This document shows, piece after piece, positions 49,007 to 61,155 of a DNA stretch of 64,000 nucleotides; the first letter of the stretch is position 1; every line of letters starts with the position of its first letter. Source of the stretch: Chiloscyllium plagiosum (Eukaryota); the NCBI RefSeq assembly GCF_004010195.1, contig NC_057712.1:42533820-42597819 (forward strand), written 5' to 3'. Under the pieces are notes generated by a model, which saw only the letters and a list, made by a program, of their open reading frames with translations, was not told the DNA's origin and ran no database searches. Position numbers and translations under genes: made by a program.

Positions 49007-50512
49007 TTACTTAATCAAATGGCAGTACTCACACTACGTATTCAGAGCTGACTGTATGTAAACCAATTAGAACAGGATAAATGCAGCACACCAAACATGC
49101 AGGTGACAACATTCCTTCCCATTCCCAACTTCATAATCTCCTCCCCTAATCCCCTACACCTCTTTGACAGCTCCATCCTAACTGGCACCATCATTCTGAT
49201 ACTAGCTGACAAATCTATGCCTGACTGCCTCTGATACAATGTCAGGAGTGGGTTGGATCTTTATTGAGTTAAATAGATTGGGAACATTATATATCTGTAA
49301 ACCTCCAAGCCAAGAAAAAACCGGCTCACACCACACAACCTTAGTGCACGAAAAAAGATGGAGAACAAAGAAAAGCAAGAAAGAAAGGTAAAGGACAAAT
49401 AAAAGGAAGGAATGAAATAAGTAAACAGAAATGAGTTTAAAGAGAAAAACAGAATGAAGGGGACATCCCAGCACCTTAGTGCAAAAGATAAGGCTGAAGC
49501 ATTTGAAATCACTTTAAGCCATAGGACTGAGAAAATGATCCCTCTCAGCTATCTCCGAGGTCCTAGCATCATGGGTGCCAGTCTTCAGCCAATTCAATTT
49601 ACTCCACATGATATCAAGAAATGATTGAAGGTGCCAGATACTACAAAGCTTATGGACCCTGACAAGATTCTTGCAAAAGGACGAAAGACTTTTGTCCCTA
49701 GCCAAGCTGTTCCAGAACAGTTACAACTCTGGCATCTACCTAGTAATGTGGGAAATTGCTACGGTCTTCCTGGCCCTCAACAAGTTGGACAAATCAAACC
49801 TGGCGAATTACTGTGCCATCACCACCATTTTCATGAGAGCAATCGGGGATGGACGATAAATGCTGGACTAGTCAGTGGCAGCCACATTTAGCGAACAAAT
49901 AATTTAAAAAAGTGCGAAGTGGAAGCCTGGCAGAAAAATACGTACAGGATAAGATTTGAAATTTTTTTAATAACTCGGTAAATCAAAAATCAACTGCCTT
50001 TATTTTGAACTCTCAGTGGACCATGTGATGTGCACTGACATATGGCTGAGTCTTGGAAAACTAAAACACAATGCAGCCCACATGGATACCCCAGTCAGGA
50101 CAAAAATCGAGGATGGCACTCAAGATTTCATTTAAACTGAGCCAGTTGCTCAAGCTTTATAGACTGGGTGGAAAAACTAAAAGGAAAGTGAGATTCATAG
50201 TAACTATCAATTTTATGGTTGGCATGGACTGGTTGGAGCGAAGGGTCTGTTTCCATTCAGTATGACTCTACTAAAACAAAGGTTTCCACTTTGAAAGTTT
50301 CATGGGGCCCCGCCATCCAGTCACATTAAATATTACCTAATCAAACGGCAGTACTCACACTACGTATTCAGAGCTGACTGTCTGAAAACCAATTAGAACA
50401 GAATAAATGCAGCACACCAAAGACAGAAACAAACCTGGTGAATTACTGTCCCATCACCACCACTTTCATGAGAGCAATCAGGGATGGACAATAAATGCTG
50501 GACTAGTCAGTG
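49007..50512 (+). repeat. Local duplication: 49007-49095 and ~49788-49877 recur, joined together, at 50333-50512
   Basis: Near-identical GGCAGTACTCACACTACGTATTCAGAGCTGACTGT and CATGAGAGCAATC...AAATGCTGGACTAGTCAGTG in both places. Confidence 0.85.
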
Positions 50513-51234
50513 AGCTTAGATGCAGAAAGTGGGGGTGGGGGGGGGCAATCCAAGGGCAGTTAACAATTTGCAGCAAAGTGGGCAAACATTCTTATTAACA
50601 GACCAAGTAGAATGCAGCCTGCTATCAGGGGCATCCTCCAGTAAGGCTAAATGCACCTTGAGATAGCACACCAATATTTCTACATAACTAACACACTCAT
50701 GTGGCAAATTCATACCTAAATTATTCCGACCAGTTATAGCAGACAGACAATTGTCCATGTCACAAATTGATACCGAACCTCTACATCTTTAACCATTATG
50801 TATATTAATGCCCATTCTTAAAGTTATTGCCTTAGTTTTATTAAAATATTCACCCAGCTCATTTTAGAGAGTAACTAACTGTGATAACTGTTTCTGGTGG
50901 AAATCTACTTTGCATAAAACAAAGTCAGCAATAGTGATAGGAGCAGTGATGGTAGGGATAGAGAAGAGAAAGGAGAGTCTGAGACAGTACCTCTGGCCGT
51001 TAGGCTGACAGTCTAAAATTAACAACTCCAGCTCTTTTTGAAATGCGTAGTGCCCCTGTGGTGAGAGGCTCTCAAGTCAATAAATGCTGTTTTTGGCAGA
51101 TTGTTTGTCCAGTCAGAAAGAGATAGATGAGATTTCAGCTGCACTCCATCATCCTGTAAACCCCTGGCCCCACCCACCAAAATCTTTAGTAACACAAAAA
51201 GTTAGTCAAACATGGAAGTTGAAACTTGGAGGAC

Positions 51235-51431
51235 GACAACAGGTGTGTTCCTCTGCCACCTCGTGCTATAGAAAACAGCTTTACAAAAATCATGCTGTAG
51301 ATGATCATTAATAGAAAATCGTTATACCCATTCAGTAGAACGTTTGCGTCATCCAAAAATTGTCCACAATTCATCAATTGTGTTATAGCCAATTCACGCT
51401 GACGAGATGTGCATTATAGCAGAACAACCTG
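51235..51431 (-). mobile_element. pogo/Tigger-like MITE fragment
   Basis: End CAGGTTGTTCTGCTATAATGC resembles the TIRs at 55005 and 56642. Confidence 0.5.
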
Positions 51432-51529
51432 CAGCTGACCCTTGATATCTGTGCCCTTCCCACAAACTCACCAACTCTATGGCCAGATGAAATGATCATC
51501 AATGTCCCAGCCAATTATATGGTTGCCGA

Positions 51530-51735
51530 ATCATAGAGATGTACAGCATGGAAACAGACTCTTCCATCCAACTAGTCCATGCTGATCAGATAGCCTAAAT
51601 TAACCTTGTCCCATGTGCCGCATTTGGCCCATGTCCCCCTAAGCCGTTCCTACTTATATACCCATCCAGATGCCTTTTAAATGTTGTAATTGTACTAGCC
51701 TCCACCACTTCCTCTGGCAGTTCATTTCATACATG
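51530..51735 (-). mobile_element. CR1 3' UTR fragment
   Basis: Reverse complement of the same 3' end seen at 130-326. Confidence 0.85.
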
Positions 51736-53387
51736 TGAGTGGGAACAAAGTGTTTCATCAGGATTCTCCAACCATTGTGGGGTAGGCTTGATGGACCTGC
51801 TGGCCAACTGCCATATATTGGTAGCGCTTGATTATTCTTCGATGTCAAGAAGTTGCACTTGAGGTTATGTTTAAACTTTAGCCATAGTTCCATAAGCTCA
51901 TTCCTAGGAGCATCCAGCAAAGTTTCCAACAATCTACTCTCTGCTGGCACAGAATAAAACAAAAAAAACCCCACAAAAAAACCCTGAAAATCATTTCCAT
52001 CAAAAACAATAACAGACATCAAGATATTCTCAAAGCTTTAATCTGATCGCTTGACTGGTCGACTGTTTCATTAAGAACGCCGTTTGAAATCTTTAGTCAT
52101 GATTTCAAGTAATAAAGATGTAAAGTGAATGTATTAGAAAAATTAAAGCTTTCTGCGTAATTCAGTTTATGAATTTCTTTGAAAACTATCAGCTAATCAT
52201 TAAAACTGCAGTATCATAGACTGCAAATACTGGGGCCAAATGAGGAAAATCGACTCAGAATTTAAAAGTAGCTGCAGAGAGGGAAATGGGATTTGTAAAA
52301 TTTTGAAGTCTTTGCATCTTTGTTACCAGATCTGAAGCACACCTGTGTAACTAAGCCAACTGGTTTTAACCTAAATGTAGCTCAATTACATTCGCAAAAT
52401 TTATTTTCCAGAGAAAACTCAAGATATATTGGTAATGTCTCTTCTAAATTAGTACTTTTATACAAATATGCGTGAGAGATAATACTCCAACAATTATCAC
52501 AATAGGACATCTTTGGTTAATTCTATTTATTGTCTTCCAATGCAAAATATTACAACCCTCCTTAATGGTCTAAACATTTTTGCCTCATTATGACAATCCC
52601 TACAGTGTTCATGATTAGATAATTCAATTTTCTTGTACTTCCACAATGGAGTTTCTTCCCAAAGGAGCCATAAACAGATAGTATGACAGACTGTCACATT
52701 GTACAAGGGCAACATGGATAGCTAGTTAAGCACCAGGGGGCTAACTAACGACCTTCCAAATGCACAGGAATAGACGGTCTACAAATCGGACAATGCTAAT
52801 CTTCCTAATAAATCATCAACAAAGATCTCAGACAAATCTATCATTCTGGCAAGCACATGTTGACTAGATCAAAGATTCAACTTGCAGGCACTGAAGTATT
52901 TTTATTCTGAAGGGGAGATTTCAAAGTCAGACCTGAACCTTGTGCTGAATTTAGATATTTGTGGTCGTAACTCACTGGGAAGTCTCATATGTTGTTAAGT
53001 CTTGAGACATGCAACAAAAAATGGTACATAAAGTCAGCGCTCGGAAATACAAGATTTTCTCAGCTTTGAAACTTCCAAAGAAAATTGTATTTTCATAGCA
53101 AATTACTGAAGCAAGAGAAGGAAGTCAAAATAAGCTGGAAAGTAAAGACATGGTTCAAAACTACAGTATTTGGCAACTCACATTTAAACTCTGTACTGAA
53201 CATCTGTGTGCCAACAATAACTGTTATCACATTCAAGCATTTGTTCAGGGTTTTCTCGGGGTAAATCATTCACACTGTCATTTACTCTTGTTTCGGAGAC
53301 AAACTAATGAACTACTTTTACAATGTTGCCAGATTCAAAAAGTACAACTTTCTTGCAGTTCAAAACTTTCTGTACTGACTTTGTTAC

Positions 53388-53557
53388 CTTTCCACTGACT
53401 TTCCGCACACCGTGTCCCACTTGTCCCTAAGCTCACTCAACATGTCATCGAGCTTTTGGTGGTCATCAGCCAGAGTTGTCTTCTCTTTTAAAGAACGACC
53501 GGTTCTTACTGTAGTGTCGTACACTGAATGCTTTGCTCCTAGCGCTTTCTGGAACTC
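53388..53557 (-). CDS. DST: DST exon (170 nt): [16 protein letters not shown]...[10 protein letters not shown](R)
   Basis: acag|GAG ... AG|gtaaca, phase 0/2. Confidence 0.95.
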
Positions 53558-53774
53558 CTGTGTTTGGTAACAGATAAATCGATAAAAGGCTTTATTAAAT
53601 GGATAAACATTGCAAGGCAGCCAATTTACTTGAATTGTTCTTTGTAGCTACAATCATAAAGAATAAAGGACAATTAACGATAATCTGAGTTAGGAGTCCA
53701 AAAGTATCTGAGATAGGTAATACATTCTGAAATTTCTCCCTAGAAAATCAAAACAATAATATTAACCAATTTTA

Positions 53775-54330
53775 GAGAGCTTTTGAAGCGTGGAAAGAGG
53801 CCCTTCAGCCCATCATATCATCAAACATCCATATATTATGCACCCGTTTTTCAGCACTCCCACTGGCTTGTAACCTTGTATACTATGCCATTTCAAGTGT
53901 TCATTTAAACAGGTCTTAATTGTCTTGAGGGTTCCCATCTCTACCACCCATTTAGGCAGTGAGTTTCAAATATCCATTACACCTTGGTGAAAGTTTTCTT
54001 TCCCACAAATCCCATCTAAACTTCCTACTCCTTACCTTAAAACAGTCTCCTGGTTACAGACACCTCGACTAGGTGGAAAATCTTCTCCCTATCTACCCTG
54101 TCAATGCCCCTTTAAAGTTTGTACACTGTAATCATGTAAGCTTCTCAAGTTTTCTCTGCTCTGAAGAAGATAACCCGAGCCTATCTAGTCTCTCTTGATA
54201 GCTGAATCGCTTTAGCCCTGGTAATATCCTATTGAATCACCTCTGCACCCTCTCTAGTGTAATCGCATCCTTCTCACAGTGTAGTGACCAGAATTGCACA
54301 CTATTGTGGGTGTGCTTTAACTCACATTAC
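53775..54330 (-). mobile_element. Old CR1 3' fragment
   Basis: Reverse-complement VQFWS...LERVQR motifs. Confidence 0.7.
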
Positions 54331-54713
54331 ACACAGCTTCAGTGGGATTAGTGGGATCTGGATGCCATATATTCTGACTATAGAGTAGCCCATTGGTTGT
54401 TGGCAGCATCTTGAAGATGTGAAAAGTACATTATGAATGTAAGTTCTTTTTATTTGAGCTTAGGAGAAACACTTGTACTTACATAGTTCTATCACAACCT
54501 CAACACACCTTAAACTCTTTACAGTCAATGTAGTATTCTTAAACTGTAGTCACTGGTTTAATGTGGGAAATGCAGCAGCCAATTTGCTGACAAGCTCCCA
54601 AAAATCATCTATTTTTAGGTGTTGCTTAGTGTTTAGCGAGTTTAACATCTCGTGTGAGTGAGTGAGAGAAAGATACTTTTGACCCTCTAATAAATAATTG
54701 AGATATATGTTAC

Positions 54714-54833
54714 CTTGTGGTTGGAAAGCTGCATTTTCACTTTGTCTGGATCATTAGCAATTTCAAGGTCAGAATCCAGGTTTTTTTCTGAATCTTCCAA
54801 CCATTCCATCAATTTCTTCCATGCCTCTTGGAA
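54714..54833 (-). CDS. DST: DST exon (120 nt): [17 protein letters not shown]...KMQLSNHK
   Basis: aatag|TTC ... AAG|gtaaca, 40 codons. Confidence 0.94.
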
Positions 54834-55004
54834 CTATTGTCAATTGATAGAAAAAAATCAATATTGTTTTAAAATAACATTCTATTTTACTTGAAAGGCT
54901 CCTGTAGCATCCAGGAGCTTACAATATTTTGTGGAAGATGAGAAAGAACAATTAGAACAAATATTAAAATGACTTCAATGACCAAAACGAACAATTTAAA
55001 ACTA

Positions 55005-56642
55005 TAGGCAGTTCTCCTATAATGCTCATTGATTAAATGAGATTTGTGAATTGCCGACTTTTTTTATAAAGCGGACTCTCGTTCGCTGCGACACGATTCG
55101 TGTTACCAGCACTAAGTGTTGGCATGTGCGCTTTGTCATGAAGAGTTTCGTGAAAGGCATTGTGAAATGTTTGTGCCAGTGGACTTGGAAAAGCACCATG
55201 AAAATGTGTCTACAGCCTAAGGACAAGAAGCTGGGAGCAATCTGTTAATTTAAAAACTTATAGAGTCGAGGGAAGAGTGAAATTTCATTGGAATTGATTA
55301 TCAGTAAAAGGACTGTGCTGAGGAACAGTTTGAAACTTGGCTTGTTGTTTAAGAGCTTTTTTTCTCTGCCGTTTAAAAAATATGTTAAAGAATATCTGCA
55401 GACTCATATGAATCTGTTTCAGTGACCAATCACTATGGTAACCAATTACAATAACATACCAGTACAGGGGCTTGGACATGGTTGATCAGCTGCTCAGGAT
55501 GGTCATTGTCAGGAAGCTCTGCACATAGTGGGTGAAGGAGGGAAAGGTGGGTGGCATACTGTTACTTTTGGTGCATGAGTGGAAATGTCCTGAGCGGGTG
55601 AGTTGGCTATGTAGAAAAGATTCAGGGTTAGTCAGGGTCAGATCTTAGTGAGGATTATAGTGGGGAAGAACTTACAGGAAATTGTGGATACAGCAGCAGA
55701 CGTAGAGTGAGTGTGAGATAGCAAGGAGAAGATGGTGGCACTTTCACTGGCAGAGTGGAGAAGGTCATTAATCTTTTTCCTACATTCTGATCATTCAAAT
55801 GGTTGAGACTGCACTGGTCTGGATGATAAGCCTAGTCCAAACCAGATTTGCTTGGTTCCAGTAGAACAGCATTCTCTGTTGGCCTGGGAGACAAAGATGT
55901 CCTACCTCTGCATCACCCCATCCCCATGAGTACCAACTCCATGTCACTGCCCACAAAGACAGGCACCAATGTTCCATTGTCTGCCATATCCAGGGCCAAT
56001 GTGAGGAAACATGCAGGGCAACTCCAGACTCTCAGCTCTTGTCTGGGTGCACAATATCTTTTTCAAGATGGTGCTGCACCATGGATGTTGGTTAATTCTG
56101 GAATATCTAGGAAGTGGTGAGTTGTTTTGGAAGTGGCACATGCTACAAAGGTGAGAGAGGAACAGCAGAGGGTGGTGTAGCTAATAAATCAGGCAGATTT
56201 TATAAAATAAGGTGATAGAAGTCCCCAAGCATCATGATGTGAATCCCTCTGAGAAACTTGACAACTGACAATTAGCGAAAGAAATTAAGATTCAGCCCTT
56301 GATTTATCAAGGCAGATTTCATTTTAAGATCTGACTTGTGCAGTGTTACCACTGGATGGGATCAGAAGACTGGTTATAATGTAGTGCAGCCAGCATGTAT
56401 AGATGCCAACTGAGTAATCAGTTGAAGATTCTGATGAATTGCACTATACAGTACCATATCACAGGTCAAAATTTACCCAGATTGTGCTATTGTTTGTGTT
56501 AGGCTAACTACTATTTTTGTTTCAACTTTTACATGTATTTTTGGTGGTTCGCCCCAACCCTGTTTTCCTCATAAGCCCCACGATTTTCTATAACATGGCA
56601 TCACATGGGAACACAACTATGACGTTATAGGAAAACTACCTG
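55005..56642. mobile_element. Candidate ~1.64 kb non-autonomous pogo/Tigger-like DNA transposon
   Basis: Left TAGGCAGTTCTCCTATAATGC (after TA) vs right reverse complement CAGGTAGTTTTCCTATAACGT: 16/21 identical, all mismatches C/T. Confidence 0.55.
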
Positions 56643-57306
56643 TTATCATAAAATTATAATCTGTAAGAGAAAATATTCCTGTTATCTCACTTTGAATTTA
56701 CTGTTTCCTCTCCAGTTTATTTAATTTACTTCCGTGTAATGCTGAAAGGTTGATGAACAAGTCAAAGTGAAAGGTTAAGGGCTCCAGGAAGTCAAACCTG
56801 AATGTTCAAGCATTCAGGAGGTCAGTTTGAAATTCAGAATTAGGAACACTGTCTCAAATTGCTATTGAGAACAGCCTGATTAATTCATCCCATGACCTCA
56901 TCCATTTGTCTGTGTGCCTCAACTTTGCTTGCTGCTGTTCTCTTTGATCTCCCCAAAGGATTCAGATAGCATCAACGGTAAAGGTTGTGTGTGAACTCAG
57001 ATCCCGCTTCTAAACAGCAATTTGGCTTCTATCTTTAAATTTCTTTCACCATCTTGATCCAAATAGGAAGTTAGAACTTGTGCATACTTGAATTTTCCAT
57101 TAAGCAGCAAAGATATTTCATGCACTTTAATCTTTGGCAATTGTGAGTGCATCCACAATCATAAGTATAAGACAGTCAGTCATAATTCCAATAGGGAATT
57201 CAGAATAAATGTTTCTACCCAGACAGCAATGAGAAGGTGGGACCTACTATTACACAGAAGGTTTAAAGGGTGAACAGCAATGGCACATTTAAGGGAAAGC
57301 TATGTA

Positions 57307-57477
57307 CGTTCTGGATGTAAGCTTGCTCACTGAGCTGGAAGGTTTGTTTTCAGACGGTTCTTCACCATACTTGGTAACATCATCAATGAGCCTCCGGTGA
57401 AAACGAACCTGCCAGCTCAGTGAACAAACTTACATCCAGAACCTCAACCCGAACTACAAATCTTCTCAAAACTCGTT
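57307..57477. mobile_element. Palindromic Penelope-type mini-element (family B) inserted in an old CR1 3' fragment
   Basis: Inverted repeat 57308-57442; tail is the reverse complement of 19491-19525; flanking AGCTATGTA / AGCTATATA. Confidence 0.75.
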
Positions 57478-57843
57478 AGCTATATAAGTGTATGAAAGAG
57501 AAAATAGTAAACGGTGATAGGGTTAGGTAATGAAAGGTGGGACAAAGCTGATGAGAAATATTGGGTGGAATAGTTTTTTTTCTCTGATGTGAAGTCTATG
57601 TAGTAACAGAGGCAGGAGAGAGAAAGAAGATCTCTTGAGCACTTCAGAAGTACATTAGTGTTATATGATCAAAGTGACAGCAGTTAGTAATAAAGAATAT
57701 AAACGCTAGACTTGTTAAACATTTTAGGAGATCACACCTCTAGAAACTTTGACTTAATTATTATCCACTTGACAAAGATACAGAAACAAGTTTTACACAT
57801 AATTTTAGCCTGTTCCAATACAACTGTCTGTAAGTTCCTTTAC

Positions 57844-58050
57844 CTGTTTAGCACGTTTCCTTGCATCATCTAGTCCTCTTCCCCTATCAACAGAACGCTG
57901 CACAACCTTCTCCCATCGAGCTTGAACACTGATCAGTAAATTTTTAATGAGTACCACATCCTGCTTCTGACTGAAGTACTTCAGGTGGGTCCCAGTTTTA
58001 TCCAGTTCAATTATTTTTTCACGGTGTGAGTTGACTTCATTGGCAAAAAC
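57844..58050 (-). CDS. DST: DST exon (207 nt): [12 protein letters not shown]...DDARKRAKQ
   Basis: ttcag|GTT ... CAG|gtaaag, 69 codons; only a 111-bp intron separates it from the previous exon. Confidence 0.95.
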
Positions 58051-58161
58051 CTGAAAATGGAGAAATATGATCGCAAAATGTGTTTGTTCAATGCAGCAAA
58101 GATCAGTTTTTTTTCTCAAAGAAAATTTGACATTTCTTGAACTTCATCTCAGCTCATTTAC

Positions 58162-58317
58162 CTTGTGTTCATCAATTTGGAACAAAATCGTGTCCAAAAT
58201 AAGACTCGGCGGAGAAGCTAATGTCAAAGTTTGCTCTGCTTGGGTCAACCAATTGATGAAATCTTGAAGTGAATTGTGAAACTCTGTGGCTAGGTTGAGG
58301 GCCTCCTCCAGTTTAAC
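58162..58317 (-). CDS. DST: DST exon (156 nt): [24 protein letters not shown]...FQIDEHK
   Basis: gcag|GTT ... AAG|gtaaat, 52 codons. Confidence 0.95.
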
Positions 58318-59035
58318 CTGCACATAATGAGATAGTGGTCAATTGATCAACCTTCATAATTGCTAAATGTCCATTGAAAGCACTCATTATTCTTTCCTCA
58401 AATTACAACACGAACTACACTTCAGAAATTTGCCTATGAGACATCTTGGAATTTATCAAGGTTACAAAATATGCTTGTTCGTTCTTTCTCTTTACTTTGT
58501 ATTTAAAGTGAAGAGTATCAGGAGCGAGGAGTGGAACATTTTCCACTTATCAGGTACTCTCAATTTAGGTACAGCACTGTTTAATGCAGGTAAAGCTCCT
58601 TCTACTCTGCTCCAACAACATATCTCAATCTATTCCTCAGAAATGTCCATGCTCTCTATACTTCATCACACTTTTCCATTTCCCACAGCGAAGCAATTTC
58701 TGTGATTCCCCTACCTGAGATCACCTATTTAACGGCAAGTTTTCATACTACCACCTCTGAAACATCTTCTTGTCTACAATGACCCAAGCATATTATTCAG
58801 TATTCAAATTCCATTTTCAATTTCATGTTTCCTTATAAATGAAAAATTGCCTCAATGCTTTGGGCTGCTTTACATTATTAAAGATGTTATATTAATGCAA
58901 TTGTTGTTTTAATTGAACTTGAAAATTATTCAGCAAAACAAGGGATAAGAAACTGCTTTAATGTATTAAAAACTGAGAAAACAATTTGAAACATTTTTAC
59001 ACCATTTCACATTAGTAAAATACACACTGTTGTAC

Positions 59036-59197
59036 CTTTCGTTCATTTAGTTTTACTTCAACCGATTCCCATCTTTCCTTTAGGTTGTTGATGCCTTGCT
59101 CCACGTTACTGTCATCAACACCCTTATAGCTCAGCTGCCCCTTATTTATCAGGTCCTTGTAGATCTCCTCTTTGCTTTCAAATGCAGCACAGAGTTC
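59036..59197 (-). CDS. DST: DST exon (162 nt): ELCAAFESKEE...ERWESVEVKLNERK
   Basis: ctag|GAA ... AAG|gtacaa, 54 codons. Confidence 0.92.
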
Positions 59198-59295
59198 CTA
59201 GATGAACATATATATTACCTTGTTAATTGTGAGTGTTCACACATATACACATGTTTACACATTTACCATTGAGAACAAGTTGGAATACTTCATTT

Positions 59296-59585
59296 AGACA
59301 AAAGGAAATAGGTGCAGGAGTAGGCCATTCTGCCCTTCGAGCCTGCACCACCATTCAATATGATCATGGCTGATCATCCTTAATCAGTATCCTGTTCCTG
59401 CTTTATCTCCAAAACCCTTGATTCCACAATCCTTGAGAGCTCTATCCAACTCCTTCTTAAATGAATCCAGAGACTGGGCCTCCACTGCCCACTGGGGCAG
59501 AGCATTCCACACAGCCACCACTCTCTGGGTGAAGAAGTTTCTCCTCATCTCTGTCCTAAATGGTCTACCCCGTATTTTTAAGCTG
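59296..59585 (-). mobile_element. CR1 3' fragment (same family as 29393)
   Basis: Near-identical to 29395-29680. Confidence 0.85.
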
Positions 59586-59666
59586 AGATGTCCTAGTCCT
59601 AGTTATAACTTATCTATGTTATTTTTAAGCTGAGATGTCCTAGTCCTAGTTATAACTTATCTATGT
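59573..59666 (+). repeat. Perfect 47-bp tandem duplication
   Basis: TATTTTTAAGCTGAGATGTCCTAGTCCTAGTTATAACTTATCTATGT x2. Confidence 0.92.
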
Positions 59667-60369
59667 TCACTTCTGACCTTGAACAAAAAAGGCACATATT
59701 CACCGTATTGCATAGCCTTGGACTTTATTCCTTTGGGTTTAGAAGGAGGCGGGGTAACCTTTTTTAAAAATGTTCACAGGATGAAGGAATTTCTGGCTAG
59801 ACAGCGTGTATTGCATAACTCCGACTGCCCTGGAAAATGTAGCTATGAGCTGAACCTTGCTGCATTTCATATGGTGCGGGAACATCCACAGCACCGTTAG
59901 GAAAAGAATTTCAGGATATTGACCCAGTGACCATGTTGGAACAGCGATATATTTTCCAGTCATGATTGTATATGACTTGAAGGAAAACTTGCATGTGATG
60001 ATGTTCCCATGTATCTCCTGCCCTTGACCTTCAAGGTGAGGTGTTCAAAATGACAGATGGGTAGTCAGAATGAAATAGAATCAGGCTATGGAGGACTGAA
60101 ATCAGAAAAAAAAATTCTCATAAATGAGGAATGAAATCTGGAAGTGTTCCTCAGAGAGGATGTGAATTATGGCGAGGGAGGGGATGGGAGGTGGTGGTTG
60201 TGTCGTTGGACTTTTCAAAGCTAAAACTGGTAGATTGGTTGGGTATGAGTAGGAAAGGATATGGATCACTGATGGGCAAATAGGTTATGATCTGAGTGGT
60301 CTAACTGGCTCATAGAATGGTCTCCATTTTTTCCAAATTCAATGACCTGTGTTTTTATCTAATCAGAGT

Positions 60370-60790
60370 GATGCCAGCATTTATTGCTATGTGTTTGGAG
60401 TCACATGTAAACCAGATCAAATAAAATTGACAGATTTTCTTCCTTAAAAGGATATCAGCTAACTTGATGGTTTTTTAAAATAACAATTGACGGTGGTTAT
60501 GTAGTTTCTATTAGGTTAGCTTTTTCTTTCAGAGTTTTATAGATTTGACTTTCATCAAATTGATGTTGAAAACTCATCTGGTTCACTAATGTCCTTTAGG
60601 GAACTAAATTTGCCATCTCACTTGGCCTGCCTAAATGTGATACCTGACCAACAGAAATATGGTTGATCCTTAATTACCCTGTTAAACAGTAAAGTAATTC
60701 ACTCAATTCAAGGGCAATCAGTGATGGGCAACAAATTCTGGCTTTGCCAGCGATGCCCACATTCCCTGACAGAGTAAAGAATAAATAAAA
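60370..60790. mobile_element. Two head-to-head fragments of the 33250-type SINE
   Basis: Minus piece GGAGTCACATGTA...CAGATTTTCTTCC; plus piece CATCTGGTTCACTAATGTCCTTTAGG...GCGATGCCCACATTCC. Confidence 0.6.
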
Positions 60791-61155
60791 TGTGGTAGTT
60801 AATTTAACCAGAGCAAATTCCCACAAATATCAATGAAAAAATGTTGAAAAATCATCTTTAATGACACTTTTGAATGGTACATATCGACAACTAGGAAACC
60901 GCTTCCTTCTTTTCATCGCATATGTCATGAAATCCTTCACATGGTTTCACTTTCTGTGCAAAAGATGGCACCTTCACTGGTTCAGTAATTAGAGTTAGAT
61001 TGATGGCCTAGATTTACATGCTCAAGGCTCAGAAATCGGGCTTAAACCATGATTTTCTGATTCAGGTTACAATTGTGTTACAATTGACAACAGTATTTTT
61101 TTTGCCTCCTTACAATGGAAGAAAATAGGTATAATATGCATTCATATAAATAAAT

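Noticed and set aside
51654-52022. 122-aa minus-strand ORF after a U-rich tract as a cryptic DST exon
   Set aside because: The flanking exons join seamlessly within a spectrin repeat, there is no clear donor, and the ORF runs into a CR1 tail
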